Assembly: GCA_032718475.1 (NCBI GenBank)
Contig: JAUCBJ010007513.1
Span: 62,001-126,000 of the forward strand
Source: Nemertoderma westbladi
Taxonomy: Eukaryota; Animalia; Xenacoelomorpha
Reading direction: 5' to 3'
Length of the DNA: 64,000 nt
The translations under genes were made by a program, and so were the position numbers. Shown piece by piece: positions 1 through 12,148 of this stretch (position 1 is its first letter; each line of letters begins with the position of its first letter). The notes under the pieces were generated by a model that saw only the letters and a list, made by a program, of their open reading frames with translations, did not search any database and had not been told where the DNA came from.

Positions 1-2660
1 TGGCTAAGAAGTTTCCTAAGGTGGTTCTGATTGTGTGCTACTCTCCAACTAGTGTTGCCCCTGTAGAGGAGGTGGAAAATTTCTACCACAATCTACAAGC
101 AGCTACTGATGGAGTGGATCAGCATGCATTCTTAACATTCCTGGGAGACTTTAATGCGAGTCTGCATCAATCACCTACATCGCCCTGGGTCTATAGCAAT
201 AGTGTTAACCGAAATTCTGTCCATCTTCAGGATTTTGTCTCTGGAAATGGATTGTTTTCGGCTGGAACCCAGTTCAAGAAGCGAACTGGAAAGCTATGGA
301 CTCATAGTGGACCCAGTGGTCACAAGTCCCAGATAGACCATATTCTGTTTCGTAGGAAATACAGGAGCTCTATACAAGACTTTAATGCATTTACACTTCG
401 ACCCTTCTCCAGTGATCACCGCCTTATTGTGGCCAAGGTAAGACTTAGTCTGCGTGCTAGCAGAACAACGAAATCTGCCTTGCCGCGGCATGACTGGTCC
501 TCTCTGTTGCAACAGCCAAGTGTAAGATCCAGCTTCACACTACAGCTGAGCAACAGGTATGAGGCTCTTGCCTCTGAGGCGGCAGATCACTGTGAGGGCT
601 ATACTGCCTTTACAGAAGCAGTTTAGTTAGCAGCTGCAGAAACAGTTCCTGTATACCCTCGAAACAGGAAAAGGGCCCCCTGGACTGACAAAAAAATTCA
701 GAAGTGCCGAAATGACCTTCATAAGGCGCAGAAAGAGTCCCGACTCAAACAGACTACAGCGGCCAAGAATGCAGTTAAGGCTGCATCTAGGTCCCTGAAC
801 AGGCAGTACTCTGTTAATCTACAGGAGCTAATAAACCAACAGGTTGATGCCATCAATGATGCTGACGACAGCAGGCAATCATCCCAGGCATGGAAATCGA
901 TCAATCTGCTTACTGGGCGGAAAAGCCAACCAACAACCCAGGTTAAGACTGAATCACCAGCCGATCGCCTCAATGGTTGGAAGGCCCACTTCGAAAAGCT
1001 CCTCAATAATGACAGGGTATTGCCTGATAACTTTATAGAAGTAAAAGTGTCTGAGTCTGTACTCCCAGATATTCCCATTGGCGATATCTCCTTTGCAGAA
1101 GTGAAGGCTGCTGCAAAGAGCATTAAGACCAATCGTGCCAGGTGGGGTAGATGGTGTTCCCCCTGAGGTCTTTAAAATACCTGAGTGTTTAAAGCTCATC
1201 TATCCCATCATAGTAGACATGTACCGAACAACAAGAGTCCCACAAGAAATGAAAACAAATAAGTTGGTGCCAGTTCCCAAGAAGGGCAACCTAACACTCT
1301 ATGGTTCTTTTCGGGGAATCTCATTGATCTCGATTGCTGCAAAGCTATACAATAGGATTCTATTAAATCGCATCAGGGATCCCATTGAGAGACTGCTCCG
1401 TGGAAATCATAATGGGTTCCGTAAAGGTCGTGGGACCATGGAGCACATTTTGGCACTTAGAAGGATAATTGAAGAATTATCAAAAAAGAAAGACAGGCAT
1501 CTGGCTGTTATCTTTGTTGACTTCTTCAAGGCCTTTGATTCAGTCTCTCGCTCACGTATGTTCAGCATACTTTCATTATATGGGATTCCTGATGAAATTA
1601 TTGCAGCAATCAGATCAGTATACGATGGTTCGACAACATTTGTGTCTACTGTTGATGGTGACACAGAACCATTTGAAGTGTTATGGGTCGTCCTCCAAGG
1701 AGACACACTTGCACCATTCTTGTTCATTATTGTGGTTGACTATGTTCTACGCATGTCCTTAGATCATCATAATGATGATGGGGTGATGATAACTCCACCT
1801 ACTGGCTCCAGAAGTCGAGGAAATCCTGCCAAGTACCTAACTGATCTAGACTTGGCTGATGACTTAGGAGTACTCTCAGAATCATTAGAGGGAGCCCAAC
1901 GGCTCCTCAGCTCATTAGAACATGCTGCTTCTAGTGTTGGTCTTTTTATTAACTCCAGAAAGACCAAAATTATAACAGTTAACTTTGAAAGTCCTCAGCA
2001 AGTCTCTGATCGGATGAGCATAAGCTCAAAGGATGGTATGCTTGAGCATGTGGACGACTTCTGTTACCTGGGATCATGGATCCGGAAGTCAGGTGAGGAC
2101 CTTCGAATACGTAAGGGAAAGGCATGGGCAGCCTTGAATAGGCTTTCCAGGATTTGGAAGTCACCGAGAATTAATCGGAAACTTAAGGTCCGATTATTTA
2201 GAGCAGCAGTAGTTCCAGTACTTCTCTACGGGAGTCCATGCTGGGCTCTAAATGCTGAGGACACCAAATCTCTGGATGGCACATTCACAAGAATGCTACG
2301 CCGGGTTCATTGTGTCCAGTACAATGCACACATCTCCAACCAGACACTATATAACATTGGAGGTGTCTCATTGGTTCCCCCAAGCTTGACACTAGAACAA
2401 AATCGCCTCCGCTTTGCAGGACATTGCTTTCGCCGTGAGGACCAGCCAGTGCATAATCTTGTACTTTGGCAGCCTCATGGAGTGAATAAGCAAGGTGGAC
2501 AGCCCATGACTTTTTTGAGACGCATCTTAAAGGACACAGGCCTTAAAGATGCGGATGATCTAGCAAATGTCATGGGTGATAGGGAGTTGTGGCGGTGCAA
2601 TTTTGTTGACAAGCCGGCACAGCATTCCTAAAAATGCAGCTGCAATGCAGCATGCCGATC
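1..2660 (+). mobile_element. RTE-like non-LTR retrotransposon (LINE), 5' part outside window, decayed
   Basis: APE motifs GDFNA, IDHIL, SDHR (21-626). RT motifs PVPKKG, FVDFFKAFDS, QGDTLAPFLF, DLDLADD, YLGSW, RLRFAGHC (1135-2631). Confidence 0.92.
21..2631 (+). pseudogene. APE-RT polyprotein, disrupted
   Basis: In-frame TAG at 624-626; the frame reads on to about 1137, then frameshifts into the 1135-2631 RT frame. Confidence 0.85.
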
Positions 2661-3235
2661 CTAGTCTAGAACAGCATCCTTGAGAAGCCGTATGAGGAAG
2701 TATTGGCTATCCACCGTAGCCATAGCAGGTTGCCACAGTACGGTATAAAGGTTTATCCTACAGGCGGAACCCCAATATCCAGCAAACTTCAGGCAGCATC
2801 TCGCAGGAGATGCTGATTCATGAGAATGAGATGATGACATAGTTGTATAACACCTCAATACTAATGTGTGTATCGTTGACAATGTTGTGGACACAGTGCA
2901 GCACCCTGGTATATGTACCATCCTTGTCCCTCAGCAGTTAGAGCACATCAATAAGGTCTGCATTAGGGCAGCAAAGGCTCCACCGCTGCAGGGAAAAGGC
3001 ATACTATTTAAAGAGCATGATATATCACTGCTCTTCCAGGATCTGGATAGCTGGTGGATGGCAGCCCAGGCTATCCCTTTGAGAATTCGGAGTACTTCAC
3101 CAGACTTCCAAAGCCATGATCCAAGACAGCAGAAGTCATTCACATGACTTACCAGTCCATCCAGCGATTGAATGTTGTCATGATTGATATTTTGCTGGTC
3201 TGAGTCCATGTTTACTTTAAGAATTTTCACGATCT
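2661..3235 (-). mobile_element. Degenerate inverted fragment of the same RTE-like LINE family (RT C-terminal region)
   Basis: Translation HVNDFCCLGSWLWKSGEVLRILKGIAWAAIHQLSRSWKS aligns with HVDDFCYLGSWIRKSGEDLRIRKGKAWAALNRLSRIWKS of the upstream LINE. Confidence 0.85.
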
Positions 3236-3249
3236 GGTGTATTATTCTT

Positions 3250-3595
3250 AAAATTACTAAATAAATTAGTAATACTATTTATAATAATGCTATATATATT
3301 ATAAAAAATTCCCAGACCAAATTATAGCATTTATCGAGAATTTCAATCAACCGGATTTCGAATCTGTTAATTTTATAATATTTCGTCGGTGTCTTTTAGA
3401 GTAATTAAATAAATTAAATATTAAATAATATTCATATTATATTAGCTACCTGGCTAATATTTTCAATTGTACTGAAGTCAACTTACCCTACTGCTATTGC
3501 ATTGATATTAGTATCATTCGAACCGCAATTTAGTGAGGGTAGACACCATCAAAACAATGGTCGAGTTATTGCTTCTCGAGATATCGGTCAAAATG
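3250..3595. mobile_element. Left arm of a palindromic non-autonomous DNA transposon (MITE-like) split by BEL element A1
   Basis: 3250-3325 is a near-perfect reverse complement of 21556-21632; 3518-3558 imperfectly mirrors about 21427-21474. Confidence 0.7.
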
Positions 3596-4833
3596 TGTAC
3601 GCGCTTTTGAAGACCTTTAGCAGTTTAACCTGCCAAAATTTATATGTCTTTTGGTTTATAAATAGACTTTAGAAGATGACAAATATTTAATACCAATAAA
3701 CACAACATTAGCAGAAGCCAGCCTAGTGCGCGTCCATTCACCCGCTGGATATACCCGGGAGACTGGATTCTGAGGGCTTAGATTATTATTGCAGTGTAAG
3801 CTTACTGTATTGTATTATTCGATTGATCGTTAATAAATAATTTCTGACTAATATTATTCACTTTCGGGAAATATTAACAGTTCCTTTAGGACGTGGCGCT
3901 CTATCTAAGTAAACAGAGATATGACTTATACTAATCACAACGGTAAGTCGGTAAGGCTTATGATTCACGTATGAGGCGCATTCTTTAGGAAATGCTTAGT
4001 TATCAGTCACAATCATGCACACTACCGGTAACACACAATACTGCTCACTAATTTGCCGACCGTCAATGAATTTTATCATATATAAAGCGAACAGCAACGG
4101 ACTCATGTAGGGCTTATCAAATAGCATTAAATTCACTACAAACCACAATAATATAAGTCGCAATCGCTATATATAACCCGTCTCTCTAACCTGTAGTGTA
4201 TCAAGAAAATTGGGAAATTTGGGTTCTTTATATATGTTCTCCAAATAATATTCAACCAAAACACAACAGTAAACAGCATTAAGACGGTAGGTTAAGATAT
4301 GATATGACAAGATGTGACAAGATAACAGTTATACGCTCTATAATCTTAAGCCTACTAATGTTTCTTCTAAAGTATGAAAACGAATTGACTCTAGAGCCGG
4401 TGTTCCTGGCCTAGATAGCAACAACACAACGGTATCACTAAAAACAGTAAGACTGAACACTCCTAGTATGATCGGCCGAATATCTACACGTCGACAGAAA
4501 AAATCGCTCTGATTGGCTCAAGCCAAACAAAGAACCATGCGTCCAATGGCTGTTTCCATGCCAGCAACCAGCTGCTAGATGTCGCAATCTGAATCATCAA
4601 GGCTAAGCTGTGTAAAGGTATTTGGTGCATTGCAGGTTTTTTGCCTTACCATGTCCGCCAAAACACGTATATAGCAGAATGACTTTTATGTCCGTTAAAA
4701 CACCTATAACGGTACCTTGCGGGCGAGGGGAATATATATATAGTTATAGAGCCTTTTAGAGTATTCCAGCGCCTAGGGGGGAAACTGGATTGCGAAGCAA
4801 AGGCGCCAGTTATATCCCACAGAAGCTTTTACA
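3596..4833 (-). repeat. 3' LTR of A1
   Basis: Direct repeat of 20089-21326 with about five substitutions by eye; preceded in the element sense by PPT-like CTGGGAGCGG (4843-4834). Confidence 0.96.
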
Positions 4834-4911
4834 CCGCTCCCAGAAAATGGGATTTGAGTCTATAAAATATACAAAATCACAGTTTCTAATATACGTAAAT
4901 ACTCTAAACAG

Positions 4912-6328
4912 TTAGTCTTTCTTGCGCGGACGGCGTTTACGCAGTTTCTTAAAGCTAGCCAGAGTCCTTTTCTCTTTGGGGCGAGCCACTTTACAAGGAG
5001 GGCTATAACTCCTGGGTGAAGGGTGCAATATGATTGCATCAGAGGGTGTAGGATTATGGTCGGTGTATCCGCCAGTCGAAGTACCGGGTTGATTGACATC
5101 AACGTCCGGGGAGAGGGGTCTAACGGCTTTGAGAGCTCGTTTCAAGACAGCCGCTCTTACGGGTCCTTTACGAGTGGTCTGAACGAGGGCCGTGGGTGGA
5201 CCATAGGCAGTTAGAAACCTCCGGGGTTTAATGGTCCTTTCCAACTCGCGTTCGCGGGCTCGGTATTCGTAAGGCCGTCGATATACTTCCTGTAACTCGG
5301 GGTGTGAGTTAACAAACAAGTCTCCATAGTCCGGATCCTGACGGATATAATTGATTAAGTTATAGGAATGAAGGTCGCTAGGATTAACACTCCTGAGAAA
5401 TTTGCGTACGAATTTGGTTGAAATACATTCTCCAACGCGCTTCAGTAGCTCGTAACTTGATATGCGTGATTTCTGTTCAACCGAAGCGAATAGATAAGGA
5501 TGGAACGCATAAACTCCTTCGTAAGCGCGTCCGGGATAATAGCGATGGCGCGAATCACAATGTAAATCAGCGTTCGCTTCCCAAGCTCTGATGTAACGTA
5601 GTGTGATCATTTCATCTACGCTTTCCAAATCGTGATTAAAAGGGCAATCGAAACTGGCATGTCCCTTTAGTTGACAATGGTGACATTGAGTCATTAATTG
5701 AGGGCAAACCGCAAAGATATGCAAGTTATTGAGTCTGCAATATGCGCAATAAATTTCCATAGTCGGTTGTTCTTGGAAATAGGAACAGCGGACGTTGGTG
5801 TCCATGGGCGTATCGTGGTCTCTCGATGCGCATAACCGACAACGTTGCCGAGAAACATAGTTGGCATGGCGATAATCATACGCAGTGAGACACTGTGGAC
5901 CTTGATACCATTCTAGGATGTAATCGTTGTCGCTGTTCCGGGCGCGATAGGCTGAATCTCCTCAGATTCTAGGCATATTGGTTCGTCTTCCCAGTCTGTT
6001 ACGAATAGGATTTTCGTAATCTATTCTCGGTTTATCGTTACGACTCCGCTGGGTATGATATTTAAATAGAACCATTTCCCTTTTGGTGTCTATATCGTCC
6101 GTATCATGTAAATCGATAGGATGGCCGGTAGTTAGGAAGTCCATATACGTACGATTACGATGCGTATAGCGAGCGGTGAATTTTCGATAGTCCAATTCAC
6201 GCGTAAGTTGCTCTTGGGACATCGGCGGTTCGATATAACGACTATCGTCCTCCGTAATGGTTGGATCGGCTTCACCGCGTATTAAGCTATCCACAAATAC
6301 CAAGATCATCTTCTATCAACTCCGTCAT
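4912..6328 (-). pseudogene. Remnant of the 3' accessory gene region of A1: N-terminus of the large accessory ORF joined by deletion to a triple zinc-knuckle region with a basic C-terminus
   Basis: 6328-5991 matches the start of the 61700 ORF of A2 apart from a 32-bp deletion. 5961-4912 is open and contains CRLCASRDH..C, CAYCRLNNLHIFAVC and CHHCQLKGHASFDC, ending KKLRKRRPRKKD. Confidence 0.8.
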
Positions 6329-6976
6329 ATCTGCTATCTGAGTTTATTAATATCAAATAAGTTTATATTTAGGCGAGCGGGCGTCGCTGCCTACTTCTCT
6401 TTGCCCCCAGACAGTGGGATTCTCAGCGCCGATGTACCGTCGTCGCGGTGTTTACGCCAACATGTAGCAACAGCACGACAATGATAACCGGCACAAGTCA
6501 CTCCACTGTCCGTCCCAAAGGCTTGGATCCACTTAGGTTCTTTCTATAGGAGAGTTGGGCTACTTTTACAATTGCGACTAGCTACTGTAAACATACTTTA
6601 GCAGTAACATTCACCTATAAACGCACAAATTCCACACAACTGTCACCAACTGCACACATACAGGCCATTTGTCCGTTAGTCAGTGCCTTCCAGAATGTCA
6701 CGTTATTCCTGTGTATCCTTGGATACTAGCAGTGTGCTATGTATTCTCTATGCTATGCAATGGGACAAGCTTTCTATTGTTCTTTTAACTTGCTTCTAAT
6801 TCTAGCGTGGGTGTTGCTATGGTGACATTATGGAAAGCTAGCGGTAGAATTAGGGTAATTCCAATGCATACAGATCTGGAATGCTATTTAATAGTAATTC
6901 TTTAATTGTCAATATCCTCTTTATGTATGATTTTATTAATTTTATCGGCTATTGACTATATGTTGGAGATATCCCA

Positions 6977-7096
6977 CCTTAGAGGTAACCAAGGCGACTT
7001 TGATTCCATCCGGGGTTTCGACTCGCAGATATGCTACTATACCTATTCCCATGTCGCTGGCGTCTCCAAACACATGGAGTTGATAAGAATACGTAG
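6977..7096 (-). pseudogene. Continuation of A1 pol (start of RNase H) beyond the gypsy insertion, ending at a deletion junction
   Basis: TYSYQLHVFGDASDMGIGIVAYLRVETPDGIKVALVTSK is identical to A2 pol; at about 6976 it jumps to sequence matching A2 near 61058. Confidence 0.9.
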
Positions 7097-7350
7097 TGTG
7101 GTGATAATATATGGCTCGCCCCACGGATACCCTGGGACGAGGGGGGGGGGGGGAGACCTACCGGTGTTGGACAGTCAGTATGTCGGTGTTAGTCAGAGCA
7201 CTGCAGTACATATTCTTTTATCTAGGCCACTTGTTACATGCCGTGACCGGTCCCCGGAGGACCCTATTATACATATCTATCTGACAGTATCTGCTATAGA
7301 CAAAGGTTTTATTCGTCTGCTGCCTCGCAGCAATAGTAGATACGCCCACA
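7097..7350 (+). repeat. 5' LTR of Mag-like element
   Basis: TG...CA, 254 bp, repeated at 11896-12148. Confidence 0.96.
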
Positions 7351-7368
7351 TGGCGCAGTGTGTAGGAT
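7351..7368 (+). promoter_or_regulatory. Primer binding site, tRNA-Ser-like
   Basis: TGGCGCAGTGTGTAGGAT directly after the 5' LTR; TGG pairs with tRNA CCA and the rest resembles the complement of a tRNA-Ser 3' end. Confidence 0.75.
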
Positions 7369-7379
7369 AGTTTGGGCCC

Positions 7380-10300
7380 ATGCCGCCTAAATCCAAAGGG
7401 AAGATCACGTCCCCGCCCACGGCGGACAGCAGCGACGGCGACGAAACTCTAGAAGCCCGAGGCGGCAGTCGCGCCCCTATCCGAATGGACGACCTCGTGC
7501 GAATCCTCGCCCAACAGCAGACTGCTATGGCTCAGCTGCTGGCGCAACAGCAGGAGGACGCCAACCGTCGCCAGGAGGCTGCGGATGACCGCCTACTTCA
7601 ACAACAGGCGGCCGCGGACGACCGCATCGCTAAACTCCTCGCAGCTTTACAACCCGGCGTGGCGGCGGCCGCCACACCGGAACTACCGACGACCCAACCC
7701 ACGTACGCGGGGGCCGTCACGAACCCGGTTCCCCGACGCCGGGTAATCGACATCTCGACGATGGAGAAGATCGACGTGGACGTCGAGTTCTCCATGTTCC
7801 GCCGGTGGAGACAGGCGTGGCGGGTCCACGCCCACCGACAACAGGTCGCTACGTTCCCGCGAGCCGAGCAGGTTTAAGCTCTCGTTGCTGCCCTCGGTAG
7901 CGGCCTACAGGAGACCATCCGCGTCACCCTGCACGTGGACATCGACGCGGACGATACAACCACAGAGACGGTCCTCGATGCACTCCAGGGCCACCTCCGC
8001 GCCAAGAGGAGTATCGCGATCGACGCGATCAAGTTCCACGAGCGCCGGCAAGGCGCAACCGAGGGATTCGATTCCTTCCGGGTGGCCCTGGAGGATCTCG
8101 CAGACACTGCGGAGCTCTGTGGGAACTGCCGCGACCGGCAGATCGTTACCCAGATCCTAGTGGGTCTCCGATGTTCAGAGACCCGGACGGAACTCCTCAA
8201 GGTTCTTCCTCAACCGACCCTCGAGGACTGCGTGAGGATTGCGCAGAGCGTGGAAGCCAGCGAACGGAACGACTCGATCCTCGCGAGCGGGAAACCAGTA
8301 AACAAACTCTCCGCGTACAAACGCGAATGCTCGACCTCCCGCAACCCCGCTATCTCCCGCTCCCCGATGGGCACCCGGAACTCATCACCCGACCCCACGT
8401 GGCGGAACCCTAGCGGCCGCAGTTGCGGCAACTGCGGCCGGGAACCCCATGAGGCGGGCTCGGAATGCCCCGCCAAGGGGGTCAAGTGCCACGGCTGTGG
8501 CAGGACGGGGCATATCAAGCGGATGTGCCGGTCCCGATCCGCCACCAAGAAGAGGGTGTCCACAGTGTACCACTGCCAGAGTATTAGCAGCGTTGCCAAC
8601 AATCAGGAAACAGCCTGCAAACTCTCTTATATCGCGGTGGGCCTGACGGACTCCGGGATCGGGAACCTCAAGGGGACGGTTCGTCACTCCCTCCCGGACA
8701 GCGGTGCGGCCGCTAACATCTTCAACCAGGGACTGTTTCTCCGGTTCGGAGGGCGACTCGACGACCTCCTCCCGCTTCGAGATGACGACAAGTTCGAGGC
8801 GGCCAACCGACTCCCCATGGCGGCCGTGGGGAGGTACCCAGTGGAGATCAACTACTGCGGGACGACGGCGACCACCGAGCTGGTCATCTCTCCCGAGTCC
8901 GACGGACTGATCCTCTCGAAGAAGACCATCCAGGACCTGGACATCCTCCCGCGCACCTTCCCGGCTCCCCTACACAGCCGAAGAACCGTCGCTTCTGTCG
9001 CTCCGTCCCCGGCGATCCGCTCCCGGGACAATCTCCTCCGCGAGTTCAGCGACGTGTTTGACAATGACTCCGCGCCTCTTCCGACGATGCATGGCCCGCC
9101 CATGCGTATCCAGCTAAAGGATGGGGCCAAGCCGTTCCACGTCAACGGCGCGCGACCTGTCCCATTCGCCATGCGGGACGAGGTGAAAGAACTCCTCGAC
9201 AAGCTAGAGCGACGGGAAGTCATCGCCCGGGTCGAAGAACCTACGGATTGGGCCCATCCGATGACGGTGGCGCCTAAACCCAACGGAGGACTGCGACTCT
9301 GCGTGGACCTCCGCCACCTAAACTCGCAGGTCCAACGCCCCTATTACCCAACGCCGAATCCACGGACCGCTGTCGCCGGAGTCTCCACGACTGCAAAGAT
9401 TTTCTCCGTGTTCGACGCAGCCAGTGGCTACTGGCAGGTTCCCCTCGACGAGGACTCCCAACTCCTCACCACCTTCGCGACTCCCTGGGGCCGGTACTGT
9501 CACACTCGTAGCGTGATGGGGCTGATCTCGTCCGGCGACGAGTTTAACCGTCGAGGCGACGACGCCATCCAGGGACTTCCTAACCTCATCAAGGTTGTAG
9601 ACGATGTACTCCTCTACAACGATACAATGGAGGAACACATGGAGAACATCGCGAGGTTTATGGAGCGGTGCCGGACCTACGGGATCACGTTACACCCGGG
9701 GAAGGTTCAGTTTGCCCAGACCGAGGTTCGGTTCGCTGGGTACCTCGTCGGCGCCTCCGGGATAAAGGCCGACCCCGAGAAACTGAAGGCGATTGCCGCC
9801 TTCCCCCGCCCTGGGAACATCACCGATCTCCGGAGCTTCCTCGGACTGGTGGAGCAACTCGCTCCGTTCTCAGCAGACATCGCTGCCGCGATGTCCCCGC
9901 TACGTCCCCTCCTAAGCACGAAGGCGACCTTCATCTGGACGGTGGACCACGAACGGGCCTTCGAGGCCACCAAGCTGGCTCTGACGTCACCGCCGGCCCT
10001 CGTCCCGTTCGACACGACCCGGGAGACCCGCCTAGTGACAGATGCGTCCCGGCTGAAGGGCCTCGGCTACGCCCTCCTCCAACTTCACGGGGAGGACTGG
10101 AAGCTGGTCGAGTGCGGCTCGAGGTTCACCACCGAGACCGAGTCCCGGTATGCCATGGTAGAACTCGAGCTGCTCGCCGTCGTATGGGCAGTGCAGAAGT
10201 GCCGTATGTACCTTCTCGGCCTCCCACACTTCAACCTAATCGTTGACCACCAGCCGTTGGTGACGATTATCGACAAGTACACGGTGGACGCGACCGACAA

Positions 10301-11828
10301 CACGCGCCTCCAGCGGCTCAAAACGAAACTGGCTCCCTACCAGTTTACCACCACGTGGACAAAGGGGAAGGACCACGCCATAGCCGACGCGTTGTCCCGC
10401 GCCCCCGTCGACGACCCGACACCGGATGACATCGTGGACGACGGCGAAATGGCGACGTACATCCGGGCCGTCACCCGCCAGACCGCTGCCGACATAACCG
10501 GCTCCGATTCCGCCCACCTTGCGGATCCAGTCCTCAATGAACTCGCCCGACTGGCTCGGAACGATCCGGACTACAAAGCCCTACTCGCGGCTATCGAGGC
10601 TGGGTTTCCGGAATCCACCCGGACGAACCCAGCGGTGAACATCTTCTGGTCTGTCCGGGACCAGTTAACCACGGACGGGGACCTGGCCCTGCTGGGCCAT
10701 CGCATTGTGGTCCCCACAGCGTCGCGGAAATCTACCCTTACGCGCCTCCACGCATCGCACCAGGGGGTGGAGAAGACGCTACGACGTGCCCGGCAGTGTG
10801 TCTACTGGCCGGGCATAACTAACGATATCCGGACGACCGTGGGCGCTTGCAGCGAATGTCTGACCGGCCGATCGAGCCAGACAAAGGAGTCGTTCCAGTC
10901 GGAACCTCCACCCACTCGACCCTTCGAGGACATTTCGGGAGACTTCTTCTCCCTTGGGGCGAAGCACTTCCTGGCCGCCGCCGACCGATATTCCGGATGG
11001 CCGGAAGTGTACTCGTTTTCCGCCCCACCCACTGCCGACCGGACAATCACAGCCCTGCGAGACTGGTTCATCCGGTACGGGGTGCCGACCCGCTTTCGCT
11101 CGGATGGCGGGACCCCATTCACCGCGGCAGCGACGACGAAATTCCTGAAGGAATGGGGGGTCACACCGGTCACGTCGTCACCGGAATACCCCCAGAGTAA
11201 CGGGCACGCCGAGTCGGCAGTAAAGGCCCTGAAGAGCCTTCTGGTAAAGACCGGGGGCTCAACTACGTCCGAAGTGTTCCTGGAGGGGCTCCTGGAACTC
11301 CGCAACAGCCCCAGGGAGAGCGGCTCTTCCCCAGCGGACATTGTCTTCGGACACCCAATGCGCACGCGTGTCCCAGCTCACCACACCGCCTTCGCCCGGA
11401 CTATACAAGAGACCCGGACGGAGCTAGACCGGGTGGCGCCAGCCATCAAATCGGCCCGGACCACCCAGTACAACCGCGGCGCCAAAGATTTGGAACCTCT
11501 CACGGTAGGCGCCCGGGTAAGGGTTCAACACCCGACCACCAAGTGATGGGATCGCGCTGGAACCGTCGTAGAGACTGGTTCCCACCGGAAGTATACAGTC
11601 CGGATGCCGTCCGGACGCACCCTTGTCCGGAACAGACGCTTACTAATCCCGGACACCGCCCACCAGGCGACACCAACGGGCCCTCCGCCACCGGATGCGG
11701 CCCCAACGGGACCCACACCCACCAAGAAACTGCGCTGGCGTGAACCCCTAATGGAAACTCAGACCTTCGATAAACTTTCAGTTTCGAGGTATCCAAAACG
11801 GACGCGTCAGCAACCCGACAGACTGTAG
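7380..11828 (+). pseudogene. Single gag-pol ORF (1483 codons) with two in-frame stops
   Basis: Track ORFs 7380-7877, 7935-11546 and 11604-11828 share one frame (TAA 7875-7877, TGA 11544-11546). Motifs: double zinc knuckle CGNCGREPH..CPAKGVKCHGCGRTGHIKRMC, protease LPDSGA, RT VVDD, RNase H TDAS, integrase HASH..CSEC and SDGG..E. Confidence 0.92.
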
Positions 11829-11895
11829 GACAGAACGGTTGATAGCTCGGCACAGCCTTAGACAGTTAGACGGCTAATCCGAGCTCGTAAGGGGG

Positions 11896-12148
11896 TGTGG
11901 TGATAATATATGGCTCGCCCCACGGATACCCTGGGACGAGGGGGGGGGGGGAGACCTACCGGTGTTGGACAGTCAGTATGTCGGTGTTAGTCAGAGCACT
12001 GCAGTACATATTCTTTTATCTAGGCCACTTGTTACATGCCGTGACCGGTCCCCGGAGGACCCTATTATACATATCTATCTGACAGTATCTGCTATAGACA
12101 AAGGTTTTATTTGTCTGCTGCCTCGCAGCAATAGTAGATACGCCCACA
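11896..12148 (+). repeat. 3' LTR of Mag-like element
   Basis: TG...CA, 253 bp, follows the PPT. Confidence 0.96.

Larger units (their letters stand above)
7097..12148 (+). mobile_element. Ty3/gypsy LTR retrotransposon, Mag-like, full length
   Basis: LTRs 7097-7350 and 11896-12148 (one substitution plus a G-run length difference); TSD CGTAG at 7092-7096 and 12149-12153; PPT AAGGGGG at 11889-11895. Confidence 0.96.

Noticed and set aside
5960-5999. TDWEDEPICLESEEIQ as the DW..PL motif preceding Exo III
   Set aside because: No YxxxD follows and it sits on a deletion junction; too weak.
6906-7370. 154-aa plus-strand ORF
   Set aside because: Chimeric across antisense BEL sequence and the gypsy LTR.
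7875-7877. TAA in the gypsy ORF as a programmed gag-pol readthrough
   Set aside because: It lies inside the capsid region, before the zinc knuckles, so it is more simply a nonsense mutation; likewise TGA at 11544.
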